Below are positions 30,805 to 41,160 of a DNA stretch of 64,000 nt, piece after piece. Source of the stretch: an uncultured virus (IMG/VR IMGVR_UViG_2860317346_000001) (lineage: Duplodnaviria; Heunggongvirae; Uroviricota; Caudoviricetes). The DNA lies in the IMG/VR virus record IMGVR_UViG_2860317346_000001, positions 1 through 64,000 of that record. One strand, written 5' to 3'. The position numbers and the translations under genes are program-made. How positions within the stretch are numbered: position 1 is the first letter of the stretch; every line of letters begins with the position of its first letter. The notes below the pieces were generated by a model. That model did no database searches. It was not told the DNA's origin and saw only the letters and a list, made by a program, of their open reading frames with translations.

Positions 30805-31599
30805 TTGAAACCGACCGTAATAGTTTTATTCGGTAAATCGGGTTCTGGTAAATCATCGGTTGAGAAAAAATTATGTGAGGAATACGACTTTCACAAGTGT
30901 ATATCACATACAACAAGACCGATAAGACCCGGTGAAGTAGATGGTGTAGATTACCATTTTGTCGATAAATCCATATTCGAAAACCACAACGATTACATCG
31001 AAGTAACCTCGTACAACGGTAATGTGTACGGTTTACACAAATCCGAAATTAAGTCCGATAAAATCAATGTTGTCGTGATGGAACCTAACGGTGTACAGCA
31101 AATCACCAACAATTCGAATTACAATGTAATAAAAGTTATGATACAAGTTGATGATGCGATTGTAATCGATAGAATGCGATTACGTGGTGATAATGACGAC
31201 GATATCTTTAAAAGACTTAAAGTTGACGCCGAAACGTTTAAAGATGCCGAAGCGTTAGCCGATTTCGTCATAGTTAACCATAAATGTAAAAAGACATGTA
31301 ATAGTATAAAGCGTATCATTAATGGTGGCACGTTAGACATGCTATCATTTGGTGATGCGCTAAACCTTGTACAAACAGGCATACCTGTTATGAGAAACAG
31401 TTGGGATAACCAATACCTGTATACGGTTCCGGCAAACTGTTATCCAGCTCAAACAGATTTAGCAAAACAAGAATTCGGTGACATAGTTCCATACGAACCG
31501 TACATAGCGGTAAAAACTACTAAAGGTACAGTATCGATTTGGGCACCAACACAAGAAGATATGTTTGCGAAAGATTGGGTTGAAGCTGAGGTAATATAA
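30805..31599 (+). CDS. gmk: Guanylate kinase fused to a C-terminal Tad2-like (DUF2829) domain
   Basis: GKSGSGKS, SHTTRPIRPGEVDGVDYHFV, YNGNVYG; then SFGDAL...R.SW...PYIAVKT..G....WAPTQEDMFAKDW. Confidence 0.85.
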   Translation: MKPTVIVLFGKSGSGKSSVEKKLCEEYDFHKCISHTTRPIRPGEVDGVDYHFVDKSIFENHNDYIEVTSYNGNVYGLHKSEIKSDKINVVVMEPNGVQQITNNSNYNVIKVMIQVDDAIVIDRMRLRGDNDDDIFKRLKVDAETFKDAEALADFVIVNHKCKKTCNSIKRIINGGTLDMLSFGDALNLVQTGIPVMRNSWDNQYLYTVPANCYPAQTDLAKQEFGDIVPYEPYIAVKTTKGTVSIWAPTQEDMFAKDWVEAEVI

Positions 31600-31838
31600 T
31601 GCGTATAATTACGACATCACATAAACGTCTACGTGATGATGATGTACGTGAAGGATACCTATACCACATACGCGGCGAAGACGACAACGGTGAACCTTAT
31701 TCGGTTGAAAAACACGTCTGGGTTAACCATTGTTATAGTGTAGTTTTATCAGAACCGATTGATTTCGGTGATGATAATTACATGACGCTCGGTATGTTTG
31801 CTGAAACGTATGGTATTGATTTACTACAAGTAGTTTAA
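31599..31838 (+). CDS. Stand-alone LPD28-like domain protein
   Basis: LYHIRGEDDNGEP.SVEKHVWVNH..SVV..EPIDFG. Confidence 0.65.
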   Translation: MRIITTSHKRLRDDDVREGYLYHIRGEDDNGEPYSVEKHVWVNHCYSVVLSEPIDFGDDNYMTLGMFAETYGIDLLQVV

Positions 31839-31853
31839 GGCAGGTGGGGTACG

Positions 31854-32117
31854 ATGGTAAATATTCAGGTGACCGTGCGAGCCGGTGAATATAAAGGTGA
31901 ACGAAATCATATCGTTGAAGAATCGGAAACGTGTAAACGTAATTACGATTATTTAAATGCTCACGATTTTATGATGGTCCGTCACGAAACTAAAGATGAA
32001 ATCGAATCTACATATATGTTTATGAACAATGAACTGGAAATCCCCATCGCGACCATATTAGATTTAATTCGCGGTATGCCACACCCCGAAGATATCGTCG
32101 GTGTAAATATCGAGTGA
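31854..32117 (+). CDS. Hypothetical protein
   Basis: 87-aa ORF, GGTGG RBS. Confidence 0.6.
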   Translation: MVNIQVTVRAGEYKGERNHIVEESETCKRNYDYLNAHDFMMVRHETKDEIESTYMFMNNELEIPIATILDLIRGMPHPEDIVGVNIE

Positions 32118-32121
32118 TGAT

Positions 32122-32454
32122 ATGGTAAGCGAAACAGTAGATTACGAGAAAATGTACAACGATCTAAAAATCGAACATGAAGCGTTACAGCGTATATATG
32201 GTAATTTCCCATGTTGTATGGCATTATACGGTAAGTTAAAAACCTTTGCGGACCTCAACGATACCAAAGATGTAATTCTTACCGATACAGACATGAAATA
32301 TCATATATGTTACGATACGTATACCGGTTTTCACGTTGCAGCAACCATCACCCGTATTGGTGTGATGGACGTATTTTTCGCTTCACATGAGTGTGCAACG
32401 AAAGCGTTAGAATCGTTCAAAGACGAATTTGAAACATTACTAAAATTAAAATAG
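32122..32454 (+). CDS. Hypothetical protein
   Basis: 110-aa ORF; C-terminal Y.I..D...FF.S.E.A resembles the second domain of 23912/24515. Confidence 0.6.
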   Translation: MVSETVDYEKMYNDLKIEHEALQRIYGNFPCCMALYGKLKTFADLNDTKDVILTDTDMKYHICYDTYTGFHVAATITRIGVMDVFFASHECATKALESFKDEFETLLKLK

Positions 32455-32533
32455 CATTCTAGTCGATTTACGTTAAGTGTATGAAACTTTTGTGAAACGA
32501 AGTGTAAATTGAAAAGATAGATGTGCGAAAACC

Positions 32534-32806
32534 ATGAATCCAATCCCCATTATAATGATAATCGTACTGTTGTCCATAGCTCTCGGTTATACCGCTGCTA
32601 AAATAAAATTATACGAAAATAATAATAATTTTACGATGCTATGTGCAGTGTTCGCAATATTAGCAGGTTACATGCTGTATAACCATGGTGATATTTACTT
32701 ACGTATCACCTACTTTATGTCAGCTGTAATTCACATACTTGTATACGTAGATTGGAGTGATAGATTCCAGGTACGTGAAATAAAGGCTAGAAAGTTAAAT
32801 TATTAA
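32534..32806 (+). CDS. Small membrane protein
   Basis: Three hydrophobic segments. Confidence 0.6.
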   Translation: MNPIPIIMIIVLLSIALGYTAAKIKLYENNNNFTMLCAVFAILAGYMLYNHGDIYLRITYFMSAVIHILVYVDWSDRFQVREIKARKLNY

Positions 32807-33138
32807 CTTTCATTAACCTTTCCAAATACGTGAACAGTAACATTAGCTGAACTTTTCATGTAAATAGACTGATTTAATGTAAACGTTAGACCTTCACCGA
32901 GCACATCAGTGTTTAAACTGGCAATTTCGAGCGAATAAGCCCCAGTGTTATTTAGGTTAACGTTATCATCAAGGTATTCACTTTCAACTGTTTTATCGAC
33001 GAAATAGACGTCAACCGTACAATCCGAATCGTTTGGGTTGAATACGTGTATTTTACTAATAATAGTATCGACTGCAGCACCATACACTTCCGTGAGTGTA
33101 GTGGGTACGGTCGTAGTCTGGATTTTTTTATAAACCAT
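32803..33138 (-). CDS. Small beta-sandwich virion/tail-associated protein
   Basis: Last gene of the minus-strand module; IHVFNPNDSDCTVDVYF, VTVHVFG. Confidence 0.6.
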   Translation of the reverse strand: MVYKKIQTTTVPTTLTEVYGAAVDTIISKIHVFNPNDSDCTVDVYFVDKTVESEYLDDNVNLNNTGAYSLEIASLNTDVLGEGLTFTLNQSIYMKSSANVTVHVFGKVNES

Positions 33139-33159
33139 TTTATATCCCTCAAAAAGAAA

Positions 33160-36100
33160 TTATTGATGGTTCTTTTCGATGAAAGAAACCGTACATGTCT
33201 GTTTCGAATATACTTTCAAGTGTGTGAACAAACAATCACCATAGAGTTGGATAGTTGTTAGTTCAGTAAACGTGTCATCCGCTGAAAGTTTAAGTTCGTT
33301 ATCCACATAGACCTGAAGGTTACCTGTGAAGTCGAGTGTTATCCGCTTTCTTTCGGACGTTAGGAACACATCACTAATCGTAGCGTAAAGTGAATCACCA
33401 TTATAAACCGTTAAATCACTATTTTCTTGTTTTAATTTAATGTTACCAACCACAGCTATCGTTGTAGCCTCATTAACTTCAACGACAACATCAACTATTT
33501 TACCATCACAAGTTAAGGTCCGTTCAATGTAACCACTTATAACATTAACACCACGACCGTATGGTCCTATCTTAATGTTAGCATTAGACGCTGACCAGTT
33601 ATTTGATAGTGTACCGACAGCATTAGTTAGTATCGTATCGTCGGATTGTGCGTTAGAACTTTTTACTAAATATATTTCTTTAGTGGCGTTTGCGCCAATA
33701 TCCAGTATTGTATACACCGAACCTGTACTATTAATATACACTTTATTAGATGCGCACGGTACATATGGTACAAATTCTTCACCTTCAGGTATATCTTCGA
33801 GTGTAGTTGTAACGTATAGATTTGTTGTATTATCGGCTAATCCTAATTTAGAAACATTTAATTCAACCGGATAATTCGTTAATTCATCTTCACTGTATAT
33901 TGTGAATTTTAACGTATTTTCGTCGATTACTTCAATTCCTGTAACAACCGGTTCGTTTGTAACTTTAGGTTCATAATAAAGTTCACCGGTTTCAAACGCG
34001 AAATCTAGTATATTTGTGTCTGATTCGTAAGGTAGCACAATCGGTATTGTGTCACACCCCGTATTAATCGGTGTTATATTTTTATTAACGATACCTGTTG
34101 TGTAATCCGCGATACGGGTGAATATATGTTCACCGTTTTCACCAACTAATACTAAAGTCGAATATGTGGTATTCGTGGTACCTGCTGAAAAAAACATATC
34201 CACTACGTTATACGGAATGTCAACTTTCGTAAACGTTGTGTATTTTATGTTATCTGGTAGTAACGTAAACCTGTATATACCTGAATTATCACCAGACGAA
34301 TATACGTCACCATTGCTGTCTAATACAAAAGACCCGAAAGTATATGTTAGAATTTTAATGGCACCGCTTAAGGTTATAGGTGTTGGATTCGTAACGATTT
34401 CAGTATCACCAGTTCCAAATTGACCATAATAGTTATTACCGCATACATAAATCGTATCATTTGATTTATAAGTCAAAGTATTCGTGGTTTCAGCTTTAAA
34501 GTCTTCGACTTCATTATAATTTATTGAAAGTTGTGTAGGTATCAACATGGGGTTCGCCGACCCTTCACCTAAACCCGTTTGACACGCGTTATTCGAGCCA
34601 CATGCGTAAATATCACCGTTGTTTAAAACGAAATAACTAGTTGAATTATCCAAATTCGCTATAATTTTACTAACATTCATTAAATCTAACTTTGTTACAG
34701 TTGTAACGGGTGTTGTGTTGTGACCTAACCCCAATTGACCATAATAATTATAGCCACAAGCGTACACATCACCATTGGACTGTATAAAATGACACAATAA
34801 AGCTGACGTGTTATTAATATCAACAACGTCGGACACAGCACATAATGTTGGTATTTCGTATTGTATTTCACCACCATTTACACCTAATTGACCATAATTA
34901 TTATAGCCACAAGCGTACACGTTACCATCATTTAAAAGTATGTACGTACAGTTATAATTTAACCAACACCGGTTCACGTTCGATAAATTAAGTTTAACGG
35001 GTGTATATCTATCCACGGTGTCACCTAAGCCAAGCTGACCACGTAGGTTGTTACCGCATATATAAACATCACCGTTATTCAATACAAACGCAGTATGGTT
35101 GGCTGTGGCAGCTATACTTTTTACATCAGATACGTTTTCATTTTTAACCCACGTTGTCACGACCGCATTATGACCTAAGCCAAGCTGACCATGTGAGTTG
35201 CAGCCATAACAATATACATCACCGTTATCATCTAAATAAAAAACATCAAATCCTGTCCGTGTAATTTTAGATTCATCGTAATCCCAAGCTGCGATATGGG
35301 GCTCAATTTGGTACCCATACATGTATAATCTCAGATAGCCATACAATTCAATTTTGTTATTCGTTACAAACGCGACACCATAATCGTGTGCGTATATATT
35401 TGTGTAATCGGCTAATGGTAATGTTATAGGTACAGGTGTATTTTGGGCTTTAATTCCGGTAGCGTCACATAGATAAGCATATTTACCACAAACGTAATCA
35501 CCGTTACTTTCTGATAAAAACAAAGTGTACATGGAATTACCAACGATTTTATCGACACTGCTTAGTACCAAAGTCGGTGATAATACAGTTGCGTTATCAA
35601 TACCATGTGTATAACTGGTCGTACCACCGAATGTATATACATCACCGTTAGTTAATAGACATATAAAACCGGTAAACACCACGACAACATCTGCGATATT
35701 CGTAATACTTATTTTCGTTGGTGTGTTTCTGGAAGTATAATCACCTAACCCCAACTGACCACATTGATTAGTCCCACATGTGTATACGTCACCATTAATT
35801 AATGTAAATAAAGTGACCCCACCTAACGCGTATACATCGTCAACGTCGGATAAGCTTGTAACTTTAGTTAATATAGTTCGGTTTGTATTGTCACCCAACC
35901 CAAGCTGACCGGATTGGTTATCACCATATACATAAACGTCACCGTTTTCTAGTAATATCGTGATATGTATGCCACGGTTATAATCGGTATACGTTTGTAT
36001 ATATTGTCCACCGACACAAACCTTTTTAATGCTATCTGGTAAAGTCGATGTATCAATTTTTACTGGCGTATATAATTCAACGCCGACACCGAGGGTGTTG

Positions 36101-36483
36101 TAATAATCGTACCCACATACGTATACGTCGCCATTTTCTAATAAAAATGCCGTTATTATGTTACCCGGACACGCGTATATTTGTTTAACGTTGGTTAATG
36201 GGTGTTTCACGTAATGTGTTACATCGGTGATATCACCTAACCCCAATCTACCATAACGGTTGTATCCGCGGCAGTAAACATCACCATTTGTAAGTAATAC
36301 AAAATTGTCAACGATATCAGCAATTTCATAAGGTGTATCGATATCAAAAGATGCATAAACGTTAGTAGCGTCGGATAATTCCGAGCCACCAACTTGAACG
36401 TACACTTCATTTTCACCAGCATTTAATGTAGGAGCGAGTACGTGAGCGTTATCTTTTGATTCCGCCCAATATTCTAAAGTCAT
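33160..36483 (-). CDS. RCC1-repeat tail fibre/adhesin protein
   Basis: About 14 repeats of L.NGDVY.CG.N.YGQLGLG, flanked by DUF2341-like segments. Confidence 0.9.
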   Translation of the reverse strand: MTLEYWAESKDNAHVLAPTLNAGENEVYVQVGGSELSDATNVYASFDIDTPYEIADIVDNFVLLTNGDVYCRGYNRYGRLGLGDITDVTHYVKHPLTNVKQIYACPGNIITAFLLENGDVYVCGYDYYNTLGVGVELYTPVKIDTSTLPDSIKKVCVGGQYIQTYTDYNRGIHITILLENGDVYVYGDNQSGQLGLGDNTNRTILTKVTSLSDVDDVYALGGVTLFTLINGDVYTCGTNQCGQLGLGDYTSRNTPTKISITNIADVVVVFTGFICLLTNGDVYTFGGTTSYTHGIDNATVLSPTLVLSSVDKIVGNSMYTLFLSESNGDYVCGKYAYLCDATGIKAQNTPVPITLPLADYTNIYAHDYGVAFVTNNKIELYGYLRLYMYGYQIEPHIAAWDYDESKITRTGFDVFYLDDNGDVYCYGCNSHGQLGLGHNAVVTTWVKNENVSDVKSIAATANHTAFVLNNGDVYICGNNLRGQLGLGDTVDRYTPVKLNLSNVNRCWLNYNCTYILLNDGNVYACGYNNYGQLGVNGGEIQYEIPTLCAVSDVVDINNTSALLCHFIQSNGDVYACGYNYYGQLGLGHNTTPVTTVTKLDLMNVSKIIANLDNSTSYFVLNNGDIYACGSNNACQTGLGEGSANPMLIPTQLSINYNEVEDFKAETTNTLTYKSNDTIYVCGNNYYGQFGTGDTEIVTNPTPITLSGAIKILTYTFGSFVLDSNGDVYSSGDNSGIYRFTLLPDNIKYTTFTKVDIPYNVVDMFFSAGTTNTTYSTLVLVGENGEHIFTRIADYTTGIVNKNITPINTGCDTIPIVLPYESDTNILDFAFETGELYYEPKVTNEPVVTGIEVIDENTLKFTIYSEDELTNYPVELNVSKLGLADNTTNLYVTTTLEDIPEGEEFVPYVPCASNKVYINSTGSVYTILDIGANATKEIYLVKSSNAQSDDTILTNAVGTLSNNWSASNANIKIGPYGRGVNVISGYIERTLTCDGKIVDVVVEVNEATTIAVVGNIKLKQENSDLTVYNGDSLYATISDVFLTSERKRITLDFTGNLQVYVDNELKLSADDTFTELTTIQLYGDCLFTHLKVYSKQTCTVSFIEKNHQ

Positions 36484-39400
36484 TTAAATCACATCCGTTA
36501 TTTTGATACTCGTGTTTTCAGTTACTACACCAAATACTGAACTGTTGATATATACGTTACCGTCAATATCAGAACCTGTATCGTTCGTCAAAATAACTTT
36601 AAACGTTCCATCACCGTAATTAATCACTGTTGGTGTAAGTTCAACACCTTCAGGAATTACACTTGTAATGGATTCAATCAATAAGCTATCATCCGCACTG
36701 ATTAACCCCAAATCACTAACATCAAGTGCAATCTGGTAATTTTCGATCGAACATTCGCCGATTGTAAACGAATTTCCAGTTTTTGAAACACTTGGTGGAG
36801 TTTCGAGATATTTTCGAATAAACCAATAATCAATGTATTGAGCTGAATCATTTTCACCCATTATACCTAAATATAATTGTTTAGGCGAAACCGGCACATG
36901 ATTTGTTTTTTCGAGTAAATGAACACCATCTTTATAAAAATCTACGGTTGAGCTTTTCATATCAAACCTATAAGTGTGATAATCATCTTCGAAGGTACCA
37001 CCAATATCAATTAACTCAAATGTACCATCAGATTTTGTTAAAACCGAATTTACAGCATCCGAATGTCCAAATAATATATAATCTGTGTTTGTAGGCTCCA
37101 GTAATCCGATATATTCAGCATAAGACGTACCTGTGTGTGCACCTTTCATGCGACCCTCTAAGATTACATTCTCTAAGGTTATTGGTGTATTCGAATGTAA
37201 ATAACATTTACCGCCTATGGTGTTTGTTGCAGCTAATATACCGTCAGCTACATTTATCGTTAAACCCGTGTTTGTATACTTAGTCAGATCATCAAATGAA
37301 TCATCAAAATCTTCGAAAACCGATACACCGTCAGGGCTATGACCTTCGGTAACATTAACATTGATAACTTCGTTACCATCGGCTATGGTCCACAGCGTCT
37401 GTAAATCTGGTGTAATCCAGTAAGGTTTAACGCTTGATATAGGTGTGTTTGTACATTTATACCCAAGTTTGTTGAAATCAAATAGTATTTGTTTTGATTG
37501 ACCAACTGGAATATTGAGTTTAACACCAACCGAATCTTCAGTTACGATATAGTTTCTTTTCAATTCCGGTGGTACAACACGGGTTATTTGTAATGAATCA
37601 CTATCAACTTCACCAAGACGTATCCAACCATCCTTAGTTGTGTTGTCATTGGTTACAGTATATACGGTATATACATAATCATTGTTATCCATAGATACAG
37701 ACATACTTGTGTACACATCACCAGTAGCAACACTAGGTACGTAACCACTTGTCATACACACATAGTAGTCCACCGTGTCCATTGGTTCAAGTATATCATT
37801 GACATACAGTACACCATTTTCAACCGTATACTCTAACACTTCCGTCAGTGTATCGGGTACATTCTTACACACTTTGAGGTTTTCACCGTTGAACGTTAAT
37901 CCTGTGTCGACCTGCATTTCTGTAATCGTCTCAGGGCACGTTATAGTCATAACATAACCTTCGACATAACGCTTGAGTGTGTATGTGAGTTCATTTTCTG
38001 TGAATTTAGTTGCCGTAGTGACGCTATTAATTTCAGAGGGTGATAATTCTCTATCAAAAACATACGCATCGCCAAGTCTACCACCGAAACCTTGTCCGAT
38101 GTAGTTTAAAAGTAAACCACTTAGCGCAACTGAGTTTTCACATGATAACAATGAACCATCAACGTAAACAGACGTGGACGTACCGCTAGTTATAGCAATC
38201 TTATACCATTTTTCGGTTTCGAACGTGTAAGGTGTTGTGTATATATTTGAATTGTAACTTATCGTAACGTTACCATCATCGTTTAAATTCATAACATCGG
38301 GAATTACTACGGCGGTTTCATTTGAATCCATGTAAACGTCGAATATTAAAGTAGATGCTTCGGGTAATGTAATCCCTGTGTGAATATAACCAGTACCATT
38401 AAACGCCCAAGCTCGGTTCGGTCGACCGAACCTATCGGTAGCAAAATGTACATCGTATAAACTAGGTTTTACGAAACCGTACGTGTCGGCCATACCGTTT
38501 GGTGTTACCGCAAACTGTAACGTTGCGTATTCATCGCTTGTAATTACAGTTGTAGGTTCGTTTACAAAACGTTTAATCGTAGTATCCGTGGCTAACCCGT
38601 CGTATACTTTAAAGTTGGACACTTCACCGTTTAGATAGTATGCATCACTATCATAACGTGAACCTAATCTAATCTGGTTAGACAAAGTTACATTAGAGTT
38701 ATCACTCGTTGTACCACATGAAACGCCGTTTACGATTAACTCAATAAATCCACCTTTCTTGTAGCGAACTGTAACTTGGTTTTTTTCACCGAGGTATACG
38801 TAATTAGACATAACATAGACAGTTCGTAACCCATCGTACAACATAGCATAGATTCTTTTGTAAAGGTACACGACGTTCAATACGTTATTAGCACCATCCC
38901 CACATGACATGATAGGTTTGAAATCGTCCATAGCATTTAATTTTACATCCATCGAAAATGTGTGTTCGTTTTTATTTTCAAAATCCATTTCAACGTAAGA
39001 CGTTCCAGTGAAAACGAACGAATTACCATAATCATTATAATTTACACTCACACCGTTATACGCGGTATAATTTTTGTCTTCACAGTTAATTGTGAATCGT
39101 GACAGTAAACCATCATTTATTATATTTTTATCAACCATGAAAACGTTCATATACGCAGTTGGAGCTACAGTATCGACTTCATTCGTTATAAAAAATGTAT
39201 TTGTAAGCTCCTTGTAGATATCGGCTTTAAACCATACACTATCGGAATATGTATACGGTACCCGTTCAATGAACATTTCCGGGTCATAATCGGTTAATAT
39301 ATCGAAAGCGTCACCGACGACATCATCAACTTTAATGATAGCATCTTCTATATCGAAAAGATTATCGTTACTCACAGTTACTTTGTAAGCGTTATCATCA

Positions 39401-40584
39401 ATTTTCTCGACGGTACATGGTAATAGCTGTAAATTGGGTGTAAAATCATCACACATATCAAATATAGACGTGTTTCCAATTACATCAAAATTGGTGTTAC
39501 CAAATTTAACCATACACGTTACCGGTTCGGATGTATCGAGGTCTATCCAAATTCGAGTTGAAACGGTGCCCACTGTATCAGGTTCAACGTAACAAGAACA
39601 GTTTGTAATAACATCATCGTTCGAATCAACCAACGCTACAACGATATCGCTGCCGTCAGCTTTCATCATACCAGATGTAACGTAATCGGTGGTGTCTAAT
39701 ATTATACACACAGGACCGGATACCGTCGTGTCTGGTGTTATATCAAATTTAATGAAATACTTCAAGTCGTCTCCTGGGGTGGTAATCAATTTCGATACAA
39801 CGTCTACGGTTTGTGTCGTATAAGGTGCACGTTTTTGAACAAATACACCTAACCCGGCGATTTCAGCGTTAACATCGTCGTTAGCAGCGTAACCATTTGT
39901 TGATTCAACGATGACAACGTCGTTAATGTCTAGTGTACTTGTATCAACGTATAATTTACCGTACATGGTTTTCCATGGTAATTTTACGTTGGGTGCTTTA
40001 GCCGGATATATATTCAGTTTATTTGTAGGTAAAACATCATCGTTTAATACGTAGGTTATAGCCCCACTAGCTCTGAATGCCGTTACGATGTTATCTGGAT
40101 TCCCAAATATAACGTAGAAGTTTTTAACCTCACCCAAATCCATTTCAGCTTTGATACCGATAGTAATTTCACCGAAATATTCGTTACCATCGTAGTACCA
40201 ATCGTAGATGGTTCCGTTAGCATCAATCACAAACATATCATTAAGTTTACTGTGTAGTAGATGTTTTGACATTGGAATTACTGTGTTTACGGTCAGACTG
40301 ATATCCACATCCGTATATGCTGAACCGTTATAAACCGCATAAATCAAACCACTACTGTAAATGTCACTCAAAGGATTAATGCGCCACACATAATCGGTTA
40401 AATCGTAAATATTTTTGGCTATTTCGTAATCGAGACCACCACTAAAATTTATATTGGTGACATTGGCTCCGTGTTTATCATGATTGACATCGAAACCGTT
40501 ACCAAACACAATGTTCCGAACTAAACGTTCGGAACCATTCGAATCAATTAATTTTATATATCCAGTTTTCATGTTAAGCACCAA
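36484..40584 (-). CDS. Large tail/adhesin protein with DUF2341 and LamG/concanavalin-like domains
   Basis: MKADGSDI...RIWI...FGN; DRFGRPNRAWAFNG; YLNGEVSNFKVYD; FDRELSPSEI; start probably ATG 40572. Confidence 0.82.
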   Translation of the reverse strand: MVLNMKTGYIKLIDSNGSERLVRNIVFGNGFDVNHDKHGANVTNINFSGGLDYEIAKNIYDLTDYVWRINPLSDIYSSGLIYAVYNGSAYTDVDISLTVNTVIPMSKHLLHSKLNDMFVIDANGTIYDWYYDGNEYFGEITIGIKAEMDLGEVKNFYVIFGNPDNIVTAFRASGAITYVLNDDVLPTNKLNIYPAKAPNVKLPWKTMYGKLYVDTSTLDINDVVIVESTNGYAANDDVNAEIAGLGVFVQKRAPYTTQTVDVVSKLITTPGDDLKYFIKFDITPDTTVSGPVCIILDTTDYVTSGMMKADGSDIVVALVDSNDDVITNCSCYVEPDTVGTVSTRIWIDLDTSEPVTCMVKFGNTNFDVIGNTSIFDMCDDFTPNLQLLPCTVEKIDDNAYKVTVSNDNLFDIEDAIIKVDDVVGDAFDILTDYDPEMFIERVPYTYSDSVWFKADIYKELTNTFFITNEVDTVAPTAYMNVFMVDKNIINDGLLSRFTINCEDKNYTAYNGVSVNYNDYGNSFVFTGTSYVEMDFENKNEHTFSMDVKLNAMDDFKPIMSCGDGANNVLNVVYLYKRIYAMLYDGLRTVYVMSNYVYLGEKNQVTVRYKKGGFIELIVNGVSCGTTSDNSNVTLSNQIRLGSRYDSDAYYLNGEVSNFKVYDGLATDTTIKRFVNEPTTVITSDEYATLQFAVTPNGMADTYGFVKPSLYDVHFATDRFGRPNRAWAFNGTGYIHTGITLPEASTLIFDVYMDSNETAVVIPDVMNLNDDGNVTISYNSNIYTTPYTFETEKWYKIAITSGTSTSVYVDGSLLSCENSVALSGLLLNYIGQGFGGRLGDAYVFDRELSPSEINSVTTATKFTENELTYTLKRYVEGYVMTITCPETITEMQVDTGLTFNGENLKVCKNVPDTLTEVLEYTVENGVLYVNDILEPMDTVDYYVCMTSGYVPSVATGDVYTSMSVSMDNNDYVYTVYTVTNDNTTKDGWIRLGEVDSDSLQITRVVPPELKRNYIVTEDSVGVKLNIPVGQSKQILFDFNKLGYKCTNTPISSVKPYWITPDLQTLWTIADGNEVINVNVTEGHSPDGVSVFEDFDDSFDDLTKYTNTGLTINVADGILAATNTIGGKCYLHSNTPITLENVILEGRMKGAHTGTSYAEYIGLLEPTNTDYILFGHSDAVNSVLTKSDGTFELIDIGGTFEDDYHTYRFDMKSSTVDFYKDGVHLLEKTNHVPVSPKQLYLGIMGENDSAQYIDYWFIRKYLETPPSVSKTGNSFTIGECSIENYQIALDVSDLGLISADDSLLIESITSVIPEGVELTPTVINYGDGTFKVILTNDTGSDIDGNVYINSSVFGVVTENTSIKITDVI

Positions 40585-41059
40585 ACGTAATGTCTACTGT
40601 GATAGTAAGTTTATTTAATTCGGATTTAATCGTTAGAGGGTCGAATAGTACATGATTGAATAAATACCCATTCGTATAATCTGTAATCGGGATAAAAGTA
40701 TCACCGGTTGGTATTATACCATCGTAAATACCGGCTTCGTAATAAACACCGTTCGTATCATTGGAATCGTAAACAACCTTGTACGTTAATTTATTGTTAG
40801 CAACGGTTAACGTTCCGGTATTGGCTGTGATTGACACAGGTGTATTTAACGCTATATCACTAGCTAATGGTGTGTTATCATTCGTACCGAGTACTATACA
40901 CCATTCATTTTTAACGAATCCATTAGCAAACCATTCAGCAAGTTTCGTTTTAGCTGTATCAGTTATTATGTTGTTAATTACGTTCTCCGAAACGATATTA
41001 TCGTTTAAATCGTATTCCGTAATAGTCCAGACCCCTTTTATGCTCATATTCGAATTCAT
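40574..41059 (-). CDS. Tail/baseplate-associated protein
   Basis: NIITD...LGT....P...D..L...NG...EAGIY...LF...K...LTI pattern typical of phage tail-fibre attachment proteins. Confidence 0.7.
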   Translation of the reverse strand: MNSNMSIKGVWTITEYDLNDNIVSENVINNIITDTAKTKLAEWFANGFVKNEWCIVLGTNDNTPLASDIALNTPVSITANTGTLTVANNKLTYKVVYDSNDTNGVYYEAGIYDGIIPTGDTFIPITDYTNGYLFNHVLFDPLTIKSELNKLTITVDITFGA

Positions 41060-41092
41060 AGTTTATCCTCACATTTAGATGTATCAATGTTA

Positions 41093-41140
41093 CTACCAAT
41101 TAACTACCAAAACCTACCAATATCTACCAAATTGGTAGAT
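41093..41140. repeat. Phased CTACCAA x4 plus one inverted copy
   Basis: CTACCAA at 41093, 41104, 41114, 41124; TTGGTAG at 41132. Confidence 0.8.
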
Positions 41141-41160
41141 GTCGTGTAGGTAATTATAAT

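Noticed and set aside
33160..36483. Diversity-generating retroelement TR/VR pair
   Set aside because: The repeats are in-frame RCC1 units, and no reverse transcriptase is present in the window
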